In this document: in pieces, positions 58,686 through 59,351 of the stretch | Layout of the letters: each line of letters opens with the position of its first letter | Position numbering within the stretch: the stretch's first letter is position 1 | Source of the DNA: Scyliorhinus canicula | Lineage: Eukaryota | Assembly: GCF_902713615.1 (NCBI RefSeq) | Contig: NC_052149.1 | Coordinates: 232,102,069 to 232,161,419 of the forward strand | DNA length: 59,351 nucleotides | Direction: 5' to 3' | Translations under genes and position numbers: made by a program | The notes under the pieces: generated by a model | What the model saw: the letters and a program-made list of their open reading frames with translations, nothing else | Told to the model about the DNA's origin: nothing | The model's database searches: none

Positions 58686-59351
58686 GGGGGCGGGGGGGGG
58701 GGGAGCGAGAGAGGGGGCGGGGGGGCCGAGAGAGGGGGCGGGGGGGGCCGAGAGAGGGGGCGGGGGGGGCGCCGAGAGAGGGGGCGGGGGGGGGCCGAGA
58801 GAGGGGGCGGGGGGGGGCCGAGAGAGGGGGCGGGGGGGGGGCCGAGAGGGGGGGCGGGGGGGCCGAGAGAGGGGGGGGGGGGGGGGGCCGAGAGAGGGGG
58901 CGGGGGGGGGCCCGAGAGAGGGGGCGGGGGGGCCGAGAGAGGGGGAGGGGGGCCGAGAGAGGGGGCGGGGGGGCCGAGAGAGGGGGCGGGGGGGCCGAGA
59001 GAGGGGGCGGGGGGGCCGAGAGAGGGGGCGGGGGGGCCGAGAGAGGGGGCGGGGGGGCCGAGAGAGGGGGCGGGGGGCCGAGAGAGGGCGGGGGGGCCGA
59101 GAGAGGGGGCGGGGGGGGGCCGAGAGAGGGGGCGGGGGGGCCAAGAGAGGGGGCGGGGGGGGCCGAGAGAGGGGGCGGGGGGGGCCGAGAGAGGGGGCGG
59201 GGGGGGCGAGAGAGGGGGCGGGGTGCCGAGAGAGGGGGCGGGGGGGCCGAGAGAGGGGGCGGGGGGGCCGAGAGAGGGGGCGGGGGGGCCGGGAGAGGGG
59301 GCGGGGGGGCCGAGAGAGGGGGCGGAGGGGCCGAGAGGAGGCGGAGGTGCC
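58686..59351. repeat. G-rich minisatellite (GAGAGAGGGGGCGGGGGGGCC)n, runs off the window end
   Basis: Direct inspection; follows a (GA)n tract. Confidence 0.96.

Noticed and set aside
53668-59351. Next upstream DCTN4 exon (KCEHNL...KFKIQLVA)
   Set aside because: Looked for by eye and not found; presumably beyond the window end.

Overview
Vertebrate genomic DNA, almost certainly a cartilaginous fish (probably a catshark-type shark, inferred from the V-SINE, Deu-SINE, CR1 and Penelope repeat set). The window holds two minus-strand genes in tandem. RBM22 (spliceosomal CCCH zinc finger + RRM protein) is complete: 11 coding exons from 36923 down to 6066, 1272 nt, 423 aa. DCTN4 (dynactin p62) contributes its last four coding exons (53667 to 48929), with one GC-AG intron. 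DCTN4 upstream of RBM22 on the same strand matches the human arrangement. The rest is mostly retroelements, MITEs and tandem repeats; most long ORFs in the supplied track are translations of those repeats. The most unusual items are: (1) a decayed Gypsy LTR element inserted into a SINE, whose U5/PBS/gag region is replaced by a minisatellite grown from its own gag and whose RT motif reads YLDN; (2) a minimal Penelope-type hammerhead ribozyme in the sense strand of a DCTN4 intron; (3) several minisatellites visibly arising inside transposon copies; (4) a duplicated exon-like cassette and a perfect 42-bp hairpin in a DCTN4 intron. I cannot show a new biological system here; these are leads. Exon coordinates were read base by base. 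Repeat boundaries are approximate and family names come from recognition, not a database search.
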